Under the pieces are notes generated by a model that saw only the letters and a list, made by a program, of their open reading frames with translations, made no database searches and was not told the origin of the DNA. Both the position numbers and the translations under genes were made by a program. A stretch of DNA of 63,739 bases, filler included. It is 12 parts of 12 records of this genome, joined end to end, with 100 filler letters (N's around TTAATTAATTAA, not from the genome) between each part and the next. Parts side by side here need not be neighbours in the genome. Positions count along the whole stretch, not along the records: positions 20,583 to 27,852 come from SRR7504441_6351; positions 27,953 to 31,168 come from SRR7504441_6353; positions 31,269 to 34,770 come from SRR7504441_6360; 9 more parts are not named here. One strand, written 5' to 3'. Shown here piece by piece: positions 20,825 through 33,838 of this stretch (within the stretch, counting starts at the first letter, position 1; each line of letters begins with the position of its first letter).

Positions 20825-23800
20825 ATGTTCGGGAGAACTGCCCCCCAACGAGCCGGGGCTAGACCACACGTGTACGGGGAGACTGCGGGGGCGAATCGGG
20901 TGCACAACTCGGGCTCCGACCGGAGCACGTTCCCTTACTACCCGTCGCAACAGGAGCAGCGGATCTTCAGGTGCGAGCTGTGACCGCTGCCGCTGACCGC
21001 TGTTGGGCAGGTACGTCTTCCTGGACCGGAACAACAAGACGTGGCTGGACCGGGTGTGGAACTACGCGATGATGCTCGGTCGCTGCTTGATCAACGTGGT
21101 CAGCGTGGCCGAAATATTATTAAACGAATGTGCCTCACCGCATGGCAGAGCAGAGCTGACCAATTTGTGCAGGGGCCGGATTCGAGGACATGACCGACGC
21201 GCTGGTTACGAGCTGTCATATCCTCGAGGCCGTGATATTGCTGTCGGCGATAACGTCGGCGAGCTATCTGGCCATCCGGCTCTTCTGGGTGATCGAGAGT
21301 GCGTGCCAGTCCAGCCAGCTGCTGAGTGGTGCGGCGCAGGCAAACCTGTGAGCATGCGCTACCAAATTGCATTTAGCCGATGCGGCTTTGATGATGACAT
21401 GACTGCTGCGGACCGTGATGCTGCCAGTGCGTTCACACACTCAGTGGTTACGGCAAGAAAACTGGCATACTACTTGCAGCAGATTGCTGATCGCAACCTG
21501 CTTCAGGGGATCAAGCTGTTCGACACCAGGTACATGATTGCATGGTTCCGGGCTCTGAAGACCAGTATGTATGGCGCGTCGCCTCTGCAGGCCATCGGTC
21601 TAGTAGTGGGTAATGTAGCCACACTCCTCTTCCTCTTCTTTTTGGTGTGCGTCTCTATTTACTCCAAGTTGCAGCCGCTCGACCATGTGGCTGAAACAAA
21701 GTTCAAAGATTGGAGTTTACTGGACGCGCTCCTGTTCTTCGGTTTTATGAATAATCTGCGAGCTTTGGTGAATGCAGACTCAGCCGTAAAACAGCTGCTA
21801 GAATACATCTGTATTGGGCACTTTTTGCCGTTCACAGGTCAACAAGACGTCGAGGCGAACAAACTGGTCGATCTTTTCTACCTCCGCCAGGTGCAGTGCA
21901 TAGAAGGCAGGATGCTATCGCCAGCTGAACTGGCGAGTTTGTTTAATAATATGACCTTGAAGAATCTTTGTTTGTACTGTGAAATGACCCAAGGATTAGG
22001 GATCCCGATGCTCAATTTGCGTTACAAGCTCGAAAATCTTCTAAGGATGACAGATGCCGAAACCGCCGAGCAGATGCAGAAGCTTAAGGAAGAGATCGTC
22101 AATCGGACGAGCACGACTGACCCCATGCATTCTTCACACAAAAATGAGACCCTAGAGGCCAGCGTCCGAAGATTGGAAGGCATGTCGATCATAGAGGCCT
22201 ATGCTGCCTTGTCGGAGCTGGATACTGATCGGCGGGTGGGTATTCTGAAGAAACTGCCCCGACAGTTTCGACGTAAGGGCAACCTCCACCCGGCCTGCTC
22301 AGTTTGTCCTGTGTACAGGAGCCCTTGAGGAAGCCTTCACCCCTTCAGCGCTAGATCCGGTTCTTGACTTTCTCAGCCAGACCGATCCAGACGTGGTCCC
22401 TTTGATGCAACCCACATCTACACACCCATGGAAGGAAGTGGTGAACGGCTATCGATGGTCCCAGAATTTCTTGCCACTGCCTGTACCTGATTTCTTTCTT
22501 GTAGGTGGGCCCTTGATTCTTTATATATCGGTGCGTCGTCTTCATCAGTTTCGGGCATTGTCCAGAACCTGTTCTGCTGCGGTAAACAATCTTTGCTTGA
22601 ACAACAAGTGGCTGACAGTCTTTGCGTTGAACCATATATCTATACCAGAGAGAGCAAACAAAGCCTCTTACGATATTTCGATAGGAAAGCCTACCTGCAC
22701 GACCTGGGCTCCACGCTGTTGGAGTTCCCGCAACCTGGTTTGACGATTCTTCTGCGGGATGTTTGGCTGTTCAGAGAGTATGCCTTGCTCGATGAACTTG
22801 CACGCTCCAGGGTACGTGTCTCGGTGTTGTTCAGAGCTATAGATGAAAATGGTCGGGACGCGTCACCATCAGTTTTGGCCATGCCTGCGATGACCAGCTG
22901 GCAAGTGTGTAAACCGTCCGTCATGAGTCCAGTGGAGTGGAGCGAATGCATCCGAGTACCCCCCGGCTTGTTCAGACAGCTGTGCAGCTCAGGTGGAGCA
23001 AAGGAGCTCGCCATCACCCTGTCCATCGATTCTGATTCGGTCGGTAGAGAACAGCAAAAGATCGGCTCAACAACTGTGTACCTTCCTTGTTCCGGTTATG
23101 AGCAAAGCACAAGGGTCAAGCACAATAAGGCTCTGGACATGGCAGACCACCTTCAGGAGCCTTTACTGTTTGAGAAGCCGCTGCTAAGATTCGCAGTATA
23201 CTACTTCGATTCAGGCCTATCCTGGGCCACAGGTCACCCCAACAGCATACAACTTGACAAAATCATACATTTCCAAGTTCCGCTCTACACAGTTGACAAG
23301 GCTTTCCTCAGCGACGTTTCAATTGATACTGAGGCCCAGGTCTGGCACTTTCGTGGCCAATATGCTGGCAAAATCTCCAAACCATCTTTCGTCACGATGA
23401 CCGCAGCAGTACAAGCACGTCTTGATCTTCCATATGGTGAAAGCGCTGGGCACAGAAAGCGGTTGATGTCATTCATATATCCAAATCCAGACCTAATGCC
23501 AAACTTGCAGCACTCGGAACACAAGGGAGCAGAGCTACATGGTATTGAGCCGTTGCTACTCCACGGCGGCTTCGTATATTTCGAAAAGCCTCACGAGCCT
23601 GAGGATGTGGTTCCCTCCTTCCTCAGAAGCGCCTCCGCGGCCTTCTCGGGCGACCAGAGGCCAGGCCGCTTGGTAACTGTTGCTATCAAAGTGCTGTGCA
23701 ACGACAATGATCCCGTACTGGCCGAGCGGCTGCATGACCCGAACCAGTGGGATGACCAGCTTGCATTCGAGGAGTGGGAGGTGCTTGAGACAGAGCCAGT

Positions 23801-24486
23801 TGAGCAGACATACCACCCGACAAGCCTCGAGGTCCTCACTCAAGCGGGTATCGGCTCTTTCACCTGGCTCGCACCGATGGAGGTGTGCCTCAGCCACTTA
23901 AGCCGAAGTAATGACTAGCTGTCAGGTGGACGGATACAGCACTTTCCCACAAGGTGCATTCATCTGTCAGTTCCGGGATGGCTCGCCACCCTGCTATTTA
24001 GCTGTTGCGGAAATGGTTGCAACTAGTCTTGCTTCAGAGATGTATATAGACATGCATGAGGGTGCAGATGGCCAAAGGCTCCCCACAGTCCCTACATTTC
24101 ACTTCATGCAAGACCGTATATTGCCATATCAGTCAGCATATCAGTCAATGTTTCCGCCAGCAGATCTACCGGTACTGCTCAACCGTCAGCAGGAGAGGGT
24201 GAGCAGTACCGGTAATTGCCTTGGCTCTGAGGAGACTGATGACAATGCAAGCGGCTTCAATGAGCTAGATGTCGAGTTCCGGAATCGACAAACAGGCAAT
24301 GACCACAGAAAAGATCTGTCAGCAAGTCGCAACCCGAGCAATGCAATTGGCAGACTGCCCGGCTCCGAGATGGGAATTCCTCTTGAACATACTAGGCCCA
24401 AGCCTCTTAATCGTTTCGGCAGCACCAGTCCGGGGCGAAGTCGCAGCTCAATTCAACCGGCGGGGCTAGGTAGGACTTCCAACTAG
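20825..24486 (+). CDS. Large hypothetical membrane protein, multi-exon
   Basis: ORFs 21003-22328, 22393-, 22593-23918 and 23911-24486 appear joinable by short introns (junction near 22530-22610 not resolved). Hydrophobic segments at about 21590-21770. No family recognised. Confidence 0.5.
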
Positions 24487-24766
24487 CCTGAGGCCTAACT
24501 AAGAGCGCCGGACTCCGGCAATTAAGATAAGTCGTTTAATTAAGATAAGTCGTTGTTGACGTCGACGTCGACTATACAATTGCAATTGATGTCATCTAGA
24601 CTTAGATATAGCGTATCGTAATTACGGTGTACTGTATACGTACGTAGACTTACGTAGCAGCGGCCGGCTTATTAGCAGTGGTACCGGTGGAGCAACGCCA
24701 ACGGCACGTGGCACGGCACCTCTGCGGATCGAGCGCAGCAGCATTGGGGCTGGCACCGGGCCAGGC

Positions 24767-27225
24767 ATGCTGCCAGTCAAGCGCAGAAAGGTGGCAACCG
24801 GGGGTAGCAGCTGGCTACTCGAACCGTGCAGTGCTGGGCACGAAGGCGTGTTTCGGTGCTCAGACTCCAGCTGGCAAGTTCAGATAGTGGTCGGGCCTGG
24901 CGATCTCCAGCGCGTCACCCAGCGGTTCCGTTCGGTTGAGGAGGCGTCTGTGGCCTTTGAAGCTCTGGTGTGCGAGCTGGAGCCCCCAGCGCCGGAGCAG
25001 GATTCCCCGGTGTACGCGCATCGGTCGATAGAGATGAACAGCCGCCGTGATGAGCAGGCGTTCCGTCGAGCGAGCAAAGACACCACCAGCTTCAACCGGG
25101 GTATGCTGGGGGAACGGGAGCATCGGCTGGCCGTTGGGGACGCGACCAGCTGCCAAACGAGTAAGAGCAAGCTGGTCTCGATCATAGAAGCCGACACTGG
25201 AGGTTTGGCCGGGCAGGGCTCGGCTGACGGCTGGGCCAGCTCACTGGGTCGAGACCAAAGAGGAGGCCTTAGGCGGCAAGTGGCGCAAGTATGGGCAGAA
25301 GCAGTTGGATAATGGGGTGGTGCGGAGCTATTTCCGGTGCGCGGTCGAGCACTGCCCGGTCCAGAAGCAGGTGGAGAGAGTCACAGCCACCAACCAGGTG
25401 AGCCGAGCTGCCCGCTCAGCCGACCGCTGGCAGGTGCAAGTGTGCCGGGTCCGTGGGGGGCCGCACACGCACCCGACCCACAACTCGGCGCCCCAGCCAG
25501 CTCTGGCCGACCCCGAGTATGCTTGAAGCGCTGGCTGGGCTGACCCGGCTCACCAGGCTGAGCTGTGAAATCTGTGACAAACCGATCGGCCGCCGGGCGC
25601 ATGCTGGCTGCTCTGTGTGTCGCCGAGTGTTCCATGTGATGTGCGTTGAGGTGGCCGACCCGAGGCGTGGTGGGCGGACCAGCCAACAACAGGTGTCGGA
25701 TGCTGCTGCTGTCAAGCTGCCCACGCTCACAGACTGGGTCTGCAATCGGTGCAAGGTGCCTGGCCCGAATCCAGCTAGTGGTGTTCAGCAGCGCACAGGT
25801 TTGCTTGGCGTGCTTGCGGGGGGACGACCAGGCAAAGATCGTCACTTGCGATGCATGTGACAAGCCCTACCACACTTACTGGTCAGCGTGCCTGTTAGCC
25901 ATTGGTCGATTGCGGGGATAGCCTCAACCCCAAGCTGGCGGCACCGCCCGTGGGCGGTTGGCGCTGTCCAAGTTGTGTCAAGTGCCTGAGCTGTGGATCG
26001 CTCAAACCAGGTAGCAGCCCCAGGGAGGCAGCGGCCCCAGTGAGCGCCGCTGGCAGGGAGTAGCAGCCAGAGTCGCTGGAGGGGCAATTTCACCATGTGT
26101 GAAGCGTGTAACCGGCTGATGCAAGCTAAGGAGTTCTGTCCGGTGTGTCGAGTGGTGTACCGGGCCACAGATACCACCCCGATGGTGGCGTGTGACCTGT
26201 GTGGGGCTTGGGTGCACACCAAGTGCGATGGGATTGACCAGGTGGTGCATGCGCCATCTAGAGCCTGATAGCTGCCAACAGGCCACCTACGAGAAGATGG
26301 GCGAGGATACTGAATACCAGTGTCCAGTTTGTCGAAGCTACATGGACAAACAGCGCAAGTTGCAGCAGATTCGGACTCTGCTTGAAAGCAAGGTGTGTGC
26401 GTTTGAGTGTCACATGAGCGTCTGCACTTAGGCTAAGTCAGCCAAGATGACATGTGAAAGCAAGTGCACCGCTTGTGGCAGCAACAAGGCAGCAACAGCT
26501 GTAGCTTTACCTGGTGAGCTCTGGGTGCAGCTTGGACCGGAGAACAAGATGCTCTGCTGCACCAAGTGCAAGATGCATGTGCATGAGCATTGCTATGGTG
26601 TCAGCATCGAACAGAGCAAGAGGCTGGAATGGAAGTGCGCCAGCTGTGCGGTGGCGTGCATAGCTAGCCAGCAGAGGGCTGATGCTTATCATCTGTAGTT
26701 GGAAGCCGACGCGCAGTGCATCTTGTGTGGAAAAGAAGGCGGAGCCATGCTGCAGGTGCAGCTTGCTATCTATGCTTGCGGTGACGGCGTCTGGCAGACT
26801 GAGGACGGTCGATGGGGACACGTGCTGTGCGCGCTGTGGTTGCCAGAACTCGGCTTCAAGCAGCAGCACGAGAGCTTGCCCCCGATTATTGAAGGGCTAC
26901 GCCGACTGCCCTCAGACCGTTGGAAACTGAGGTCAGGGCCCTATTCATCTTGCGCTAAACAGGTCAACCAGGTGCATGCTCTGTAAGAAAAAGCAGGGCG
27001 TTTGCATCCAATGCTCCTCTGGTAAATGCGAGGCTGCTTTCCATCCCAGCTGTGCCAGAGAGGTCAGTGGCACACTGTTTGGCTGGGTGCTCTAGTTCCG
27101 ACTCAGCCAAATTCCTTGTAAGAGCTTGTTTCATGCAGGCCGGCTATAAAATGAGTGTCAAGGAGCTTCCAGGGGATCGAGGCCTCGAGATGGTTGCCTT
27201 CTGCCCCAAGCACAACCGGCCATGA
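24767..27225 (+). CDS. AP2-like + WRKY + PHD fingers + PZP (PHD-Zn knuckle-ePHD) protein, multi-exon
   Basis: WRKYGQK at 25281-25301 followed by RSYFRC-AVEH-C...HTH. MLL-like PHD cassette (CEIC...FHVMC...WVCNRC; CLAC...CDACDKPYHTYC...WRCPSC; FCPVC...MVACDLCGAWVHTKC). PZP (CKMHVHEHCYGV...CILC...GGAM...WGHVLCALWLPE...CIQCSSGKC...FHPSCA...FCPKH). About 13 introns. Confidence 0.88.
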
Positions 27226-27852
27226 TCGACAGAGATGTCCACTCCCGATTCAACTCACTCACACGATCCCAAAGCATGCCCAAAGCGTCCCATGCCTCAT
27301 TAGATCTCAAGCTCGAAGCCAGAGACAATGATAAAACTAATACTGAACGGAAAGTATAATTGGATTTCATTTGATCAATCATTTATTCATTGTTGCCATT
27401 TGAATGCTCATGTATAGTTGTATATATACGTACTCGTATACTATTGTCTCTAATCGGTCAATCATTTTTTTTAGCTTCATCAAAAATGCGATTAAAACAA
27501 AAAACAAGGTCAAATTTTCATGCTCCCAACAGCCCATTTCGCTTTGGGACAATGTTATGTACGAGTAGTGAGCGCTTAATTCATCGATAGGATCGAGATC
27601 ATTTAATGAGAAATGACAAGTGAAACAATCATAACAAACGTACGTTGTCAAAATTGCATGCATAAACTGTGACTCACTACAGAAATCACAAGACAGTGAA
27701 TCCAGCTCATCGCCATCCTCTAGATCCAGCCTCCAGAGCTTCACCTTGGTGTTGGCATGGCCTAACGCGCTAAAAAAGTGTTGACGACCTCATCCTTGGT
27801 TCCAGGGGAACAGAATGGGCTTGCTTACTCGGCAGCGGCCTCCTCCTCAGCA

Positions 27853-27952
27853 NNNNNNNNNNNNNNNNNNNNNNNNNNNNNNNNNNNNNNNNNNNNTTAA
27901 TTAATTAANNNNNNNNNNNNNNNNNNNNNNNNNNNNNNNNNNNNNNNNNNNN
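27853..27952. other. Artificial contig linker
   Basis: N44-TTAATTAATTAA-N44. Confidence 0.98.
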
Positions 27953-30479
27953 CACGGCATGATTGACGTGCTCCAGGGCATGCTCTCAGACCCCAACCCG
28001 GCGGTGGTGGCCAACGCAGTGGCCGCCCTGTGCGAGATCCAGGCCCGCCCCCCGGCCGGCTCCGTCTGACAGGCGCACAGGAGACCTCTGAGGTCCAGAT
28101 CTTCAAGGTGACCGCCTCCACGCTGCACAAGCTGCTCGCCGCGCTCAACGAGTGCACCGAGTGGGGCCAAGTGTTCGTGCTCGACTCGCTCACCGAGTAT
28201 GAGCCGGCGGACTCGCGCGAGGCCGAGTCAATCATCGAGCGGGTGGTGCCCCGGCTGCAGCACGCGAACGCGGCGGTCGTGCTCTCGGCGGTCAAGATCG
28301 TGCTCAAGTTCATGGGCCACGTCTCGAGCTCCGAGTCGATCCGGACCTACCACAAGAAGCTCTCGCCCCCGCTGGTCACTCTGCTCTCAAGTGAGCCGCC
28401 GCCAGCCAAAGGCTCACCGGGTGGCAGGCGAGGCCGAGATGCAGTATGTGGCACTGCGCAACATCAACCTGGTGGTGCAGGTCCCCGCCTGCCCGCGCAT
28501 CCGCTAAGCCGGGCCGCAGCGTGCGCCCAAGATCCTGGCCAATGACATCCGGGTCTTCTTCTGCAAGTACAACGACCCAGTCTACGTTAAGGCAGCCGCC
28601 GCTACATCGATCGGCTGCTGAGGGCCGGGCGCAGATCGAGAAGCTCGAGATCCTGGTCAAGCTGTCCTCCGAGCGCAACCTGGACCAGGTGCTCCAAGAG
28701 CTCAAGGAGTATGCGACCGAGATCGATGTCGAGTTTGTGCGGCGGGCGGTGCACGCGATTGGCAACTGCGCGGTCAAGCTGGAGCGAGGGGCCGACCGGT
28801 GTGTGGACTGCTTGATGGAGCTGATCCGGACCAAGATCCCGCACATCGTCCAGGAGTCAATTGTGGTGATGAAGGACATCTTCCGCAAGTACCCCGAGCG
28901 GTACGAGGGCATCCTGGCCACGCTGGCCGAGTGCTCGAGCGAGGGGGTGGACGAGCCCAACGCCGTGGCCTCGCTCATGTGGATCGTGGGCGAGTACTGC
29001 GACAAGGTCCCCGACGTGGAGCGGCTGCTCACCGAGATGGTCGGCGGGGATGAGGACGATGACGACGAGGCACAGAATGCGGTGTGTGGCCTGCCAGGTG
29101 CACCTGTGCTGACCCAGGTGCTGGCACAGTTCATGGAGAGCCCAGTCGAGGTGCAGCTCCAGATTCTGACCGGTGCGCCCGGCTGCTCTCACTAGGCCTG
29201 AGCCCTGGCAGCCTGTGTCAAGCTGTTCCTCAAGAAGACCGAGGAGGCTTCCGAGCGGCTGGTGCAAGCTGTGTTGGTCAAGGCCACCGACGAGTGCGTC
29301 AACCCCGACATCCGCGACCGCGGGTACATGTACTGGCGGCTGCTCTCCACCGACCCGGACGTGGCGCGCTCTGTTGTGCTTGGGGAGCGGCCTCCGCTTG
29401 AGGACGACAGCGTGACTTACAACCCTGAGCTGCTCGAGGTGCTCATGCGCAACATGTCCACACTCGCCTCGGTGCTGCACAAGCCGCCCCAGGCATTCTG
29501 CTCGTCGGTGCGCCGGATGGACGTCCAGAAGCTGGACATCCCGGTCGAGCCACTGCCGGACTTTGACGGGGCTGATGGCGAGGATGCCGACGAACCCGAA
29601 GAGCAGCCAGAGCCGGCCGATGACGACGGACCGGAGTCTTTCATGAGCGAGCCAGCCCCGGCCCAGCCGGCTGATGACGGGCTGGGCGACCTGATGGACC
29701 TGCTGGGCGGCAGCCCGAGCGTGCCGGCGGCCCAGCCGGCGGCCCAGTCTGGTGGGCCTCAGCTCAAGCTCTGGGTGGAGGCCTCGGCTCAGAGCGGGCA
29801 AGTGCGGTACAGCGGAGGTTTCCGGCGGAGCAACGGCGACATGTTCGTGGACGTCAAGGCCGAGAACTTAGGCCAGGGCCCGGTGTCCGATTTTGCAATA
29901 CAGTTCAACAAGAATAGCTTCCAGCTTGCGCCGGTGCCCTCGCGAGATGCAGCTGCCCCAAGCAACCTGCCGATGCCAATCCAGCCGCTCGCACCCGGCC
30001 AGTCCGGGAGCTGCTCAATGCTCCTGAACAACAAGGGCGCCATGCAGCTGATGAAGCCGCTGATGGCCATCCAGATGGCCATCAAATCGAGCGCCGGTCT
30101 GGCATACTGCACAACGGAGGTGCCGTTCCATGTAGTGCAAATAGAAGGCCAGTCGCTCTCTCGAGACGAGTTCCTCAACATGTGGAGGAGCCTACCTCAG
30201 GACAGCGAGACCAAAACCCAGATAACAGGCATCACAGTCAATTCACCCGATAGCCTGCGCGACCGATTCGGGCAGTACAACCTTACAGAGGTCGGTCGGA
30301 CCAAGGGGCAGCAGGGCCAGAGCCTGCAATACTTTGTGTCCAAGCTGGTGAATAACATCCTCGTCCTGTCCGAGATCTCCGTCTGGGCTGGTGGCCGCGC
30401 CGAGTGCGCACTCAAAGTCAAAAACGCTGCGCTATCAGATCCGTTCCATGCCAGCATCAAAAATATTCTCTTGGCTTGA
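27953..30479 (+). CDS. AP1B1/AP2B1: AP-1/AP-2 complex beta subunit (beta-adaptin), 5' truncated, multi-exon
   Basis: [92 protein letters not shown], appendage [10 protein letters not shown]. Confidence 0.96.
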
Positions 30480-30628
30480 TCCTTGTACTAGTCCGGGCCA
30501 TGGCACAAAAATCTTCGTCAGGTCTGATGGCGCAGTCAGCACTAGTTAGCTTGACCTAAGGTAAAATAAAATTGTCTTTGCACTGATGTGTTATTTTTAT
30601 TACTAAAACGAACACAGAGACGCCTGCA

Positions 30629-31168
30629 CTAGATCTGGTCGCCTGGTCTCTTGAATGAGGGGTTATAATCAAACTTTTCCACAAGCATTTGTATCGCCTT
30701 CTCGTAAAATTTGTGAGCGTCTTCGAACCGCACCTTGGAGTCTTTCTGAGGCAGGCACACCGCTCAATCTCAAGCTCCCAGGCGGAGCAGGGGCACCTGC
30801 AGTGACTCGTATTGCCGCTCCAGTGGGCCGATGCTGTCCCCGAACAGCTTGATGGTCCTGCGCCCAACCGTTCGGCCAGCCCGGCGCCCGGCGGGCACTC
30901 TCGGTTCTTCTTGAGCCTGACTTGGCAGTCGACGATCTGCCTCTCCAGCAGGCCCTTGACCCCCTCGAACTCGAAGATCCCGTCCTTGTCCGCCTCGATA
31001 TCTGCACCGCCACTCTCAGCCCGTCCCCCCGCCGAGGCACACCCCGGCGCAGCGCGAGCCGTTCGATCTCGAGCTTCTCCATGTAGCCGCCTACCTCGGA
31101 CACCTGTGCCCGGCTGGCTGGCCGGACTGGGCAGGAGGCTTGTTAGCCACCCGGGTTATCTGGCATAC
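30629..31168 (-). CDS. 3' part of a coiled-coil hypothetical protein, multi-exon
   Basis: Spliced frame ends ...TIKLFGDSIGPLERQYESLQKDSKVRFEDAHKFYEKAIQMLVEKFDYNPSFKRPGDQI* using short introns. Confidence 0.55.
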
Positions 31169-31268
31169 NNNNNNNNNNNNNNNNNNNNNNNNNNNNNNNN
31201 NNNNNNNNNNNNTTAATTAATTAANNNNNNNNNNNNNNNNNNNNNNNNNNNNNNNNNNNNNNNNNNNN
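31169..31268. other. Artificial contig linker
   Basis: N44-TTAATTAATTAA-N44. Confidence 0.98.
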
Positions 31269-31269
31269 G

Positions 31270-31383
31270 ACTCGGGATCAGCAGGTCTACACCTTCGGCT
31301 TTGGCCGTGATGGCCGGCTGGGGCACGGCTCGACGCAGAACGAGGGCTCTCCGAGGCAACTCGCCGGGCTCGAGACACGTTGA
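31270..31383 (+). CDS. 3' fragment of an RCC1-repeat protein
   Basis: TRDQQVYTFGFGRDGRLGHGSTQNEGSPRQLAGLETR* matches the RCC1 repeat. Not in the ORF track. Confidence 0.7.
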   Translation, partial: TRDQQVYTFGFGRDGRLGHGSTQNEGSPRQLAGLETR

Positions 31384-31755
31384 TTGCATGATCGTGGTCA
31401 GCATTGAATAACGTGAATAAATACGGTAGGTGTCCTACATGTATCACTTTTAATAGCTCAACTTTGTCCCTGAGGGAGTAGGTAGTACTCACTAACAACG
31501 CTAAGTTGACTCCCTCTACTCGTAATATTAAAGAACAAAACGTGCTATACATGTACGGTGCACAATATAGTACTCACTAACTAAAATGCTCATCATGCAC
31601 TCACAATCATTGCTCAACGTTCTTGCAAGCAGCCACAACGCTAAATCGAAAATATTTCCATCTCGTCGGCCCCGTCCACATCCACAGTAACCGGCATAGC
31701 ACCAGCGCCGTCGGATCAGGCGCCGGCTCTTCCTCTAGGGCAGCGTCCCACAGGC

Positions 31756-32524
31756 TCAGACCTCCTCCTTGGGTTTGTCTTGCTTCTTCTGGGCCTTCTT
31801 CCTCTTGTGGTACGCGTCGTAAGCCGGGCCGGGGCTCTTCTGTTGATCCCATTCAAACTCAACCACCTCCGGCATCGTCAGAAGTATCTCTTTCAGTTTA
31901 AACCCTGCTCCCTTCGGCTGGCCGCGCGCTCATCCCCAGGCGCGCACCATGCCGGCCGTCCATGATAGAATACAGGATCTTGTCGTCCTCGATCACGTAC
32001 GCCTGCGCGTTCAGGCCGTTGGCGTCCTTGAGAATAGTGCGGGACCTGTGCCCAGGGTCACCGCCGGCCGGCCGGCCGGCCGCACTTGGCTGCGAATTCG
32101 TCACACTTGCTCCTGGAGCCAGCGTCGACCGTGACGAACATCATCGCGGCCTTGCCGGCCTTGCCCTGGGCCATCAGCCTGCCCATCATGCCCGGATCGT
32201 TCTTCATTGCTTCTGGGTCGAATTTCTCCATTGGCGGCATGTTTGCCTTGCGCTCCTCCTCCTCCTCCTGCCCACCCGGTCAGCCACCACCGCGCGCAGC
32301 TCCTCCGGGCCCCTCGCGGCAGCAAGGGGCAGCAGGCGCCCGTATGGAGTGGGGGCCGGCCAGCAGTTGGGGGTGCGGACCTCAAACTCCTTCTGCTGCT
32401 GCTTCTTGGCAATCTCGTCCCACTCGGCCGCCGTCCGGCGCTTCTTGACCGCGCACTCGCCCCCGAGCACCAGCGCCGCCAGCACCGTCAGCAGCAAGCC
32501 CGTCCGTGACAGCAGCCCAGGCAT
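31756..32524 (-). CDS. MESD: MESD-like ER chaperone, multi-exon
   Basis: Signal peptide; GKAAMMFVTV...AYVIEDDKILYSIMDGRHGFKLKEILLTMPEVVEFEWDQQK after three GT-AG introns. Confidence 0.7.
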
Positions 32525-32587
32525 GGTCCGGACTTGCTCGGGGGTGGTGACGCAAGCAGACGCCAACGGAAAGCCCGAAAAAGACTG

Positions 32588-33367
32588 ATGGAGCCTTCTG
32601 GTGGAGAGAGCGGAGGGCCACCAGTGTGAGCACGTTAGCGGGTCGATGCGGCCCAACACCCCGCAGAGCTCGTTCCGGGCCCAGCCGAGCACCCCCAGCG
32701 GCTCGCTCCCCCCCGTGCCCGGCTCCCGACCCGCACTCTCCAGCCCGGGCTCCCGGGCCAACTCTCGCGGCTCCACTCGTTTCACCGGGAGTATGAAGAG
32801 TTTGGCCCAGTCTCGGACTGGACCCCAGATGCAGATACTTCGGTGTGGCGGGCCTTGCACTCAGTGTTGACCAATTGGCTGTGTCAGTCTCTCCCGATCC
32901 CACAAGCGGCTCGGGACCTCGGGAAGCACTTTGACTTGAGAGGCGAGCTAGCGACCATTGTGCACATCAGCCGAGCACACTGCCGCCAACGGTCGCCTCC
33001 TCCGCTCCTACTCAATCGGATGCCCACACCAGTGACAATGTCACTCTTTAACGAAGCTTTGCCGGAGAAGCCCATGAGTAAGCCGGTGCTGCCCCGGGAT
33101 GACCGCATCTGATTCTTGCATGCAATGCAGGCGGCTGAGCTGCCCAAGATGGAGGTGACAAAGCTGGCGCCAATCTCATCGAGCGCAGCCTCCGAGTTTC
33201 CACCGTCACTCAGGGTTACTATATTCATAGCCTTCATATTGCCTTCAGTGCACATTGAGCCTTGGTTGCGTGCAGCACTTATACTTACCACCGGCGAGGC
33301 ACGGGATTGCGATAGTGGAGTCGCCCATGATTGGTGCGCTCCACGAGTTTGGCACAACTTAATTTAA
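32588..33367 (+). CDS. Possible small multi-exon hypothetical gene
   Basis: Intron-like GT...CAG segments link short open frames. No family recognised; boundaries uncertain. Confidence 0.3.
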
Positions 33368-33838
33368 GGTAACCGTTCACAATGATGATGCGGGCCACCA
33401 TGCGTGCCACTAGCGTGCCACGTACAAGTTTTACGATGTTCAAAAGTAAGTACTCGTGATTCGGAAGTCAAATTCACTATAAAGTCACTGCATGTACGAC
33501 TCGCTCATGGTCAACGCCCTCAATTTAATTCGGCGCTATAGTTATGGCTTCATCGTTCACGATCAAACATACTGATGCAGGCATCTATAATAGTAATAAT
33601 GCTGGTACCTGAGTGCTGTACAATCATCATTGTATCAAAACTCTAGTTGTCTCATAAGTTTTCTCATTATTTTCTCATTATCAAAGCTTTATTTGACGCG
33701 TGACTGTGTCGTATCTACCGAGTCATTAATTGAAGCTTTCCTTTACGTCTTTTTTACAGTGGTGTTCTCGAGAGTGTTTACCAAGAGGTGCACCGGTACA
33801 CTCTCGAGGATAGAGTGAGGTAGCGCAATTGAGGAGAA

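Noticed and set aside
27379-27852. Cys-containing minus-strand ORF as a zinc finger gene
   Set aside because: It runs into AT-rich spacer. It is probably only the short 3' end of a truncated gene, with too little to call.
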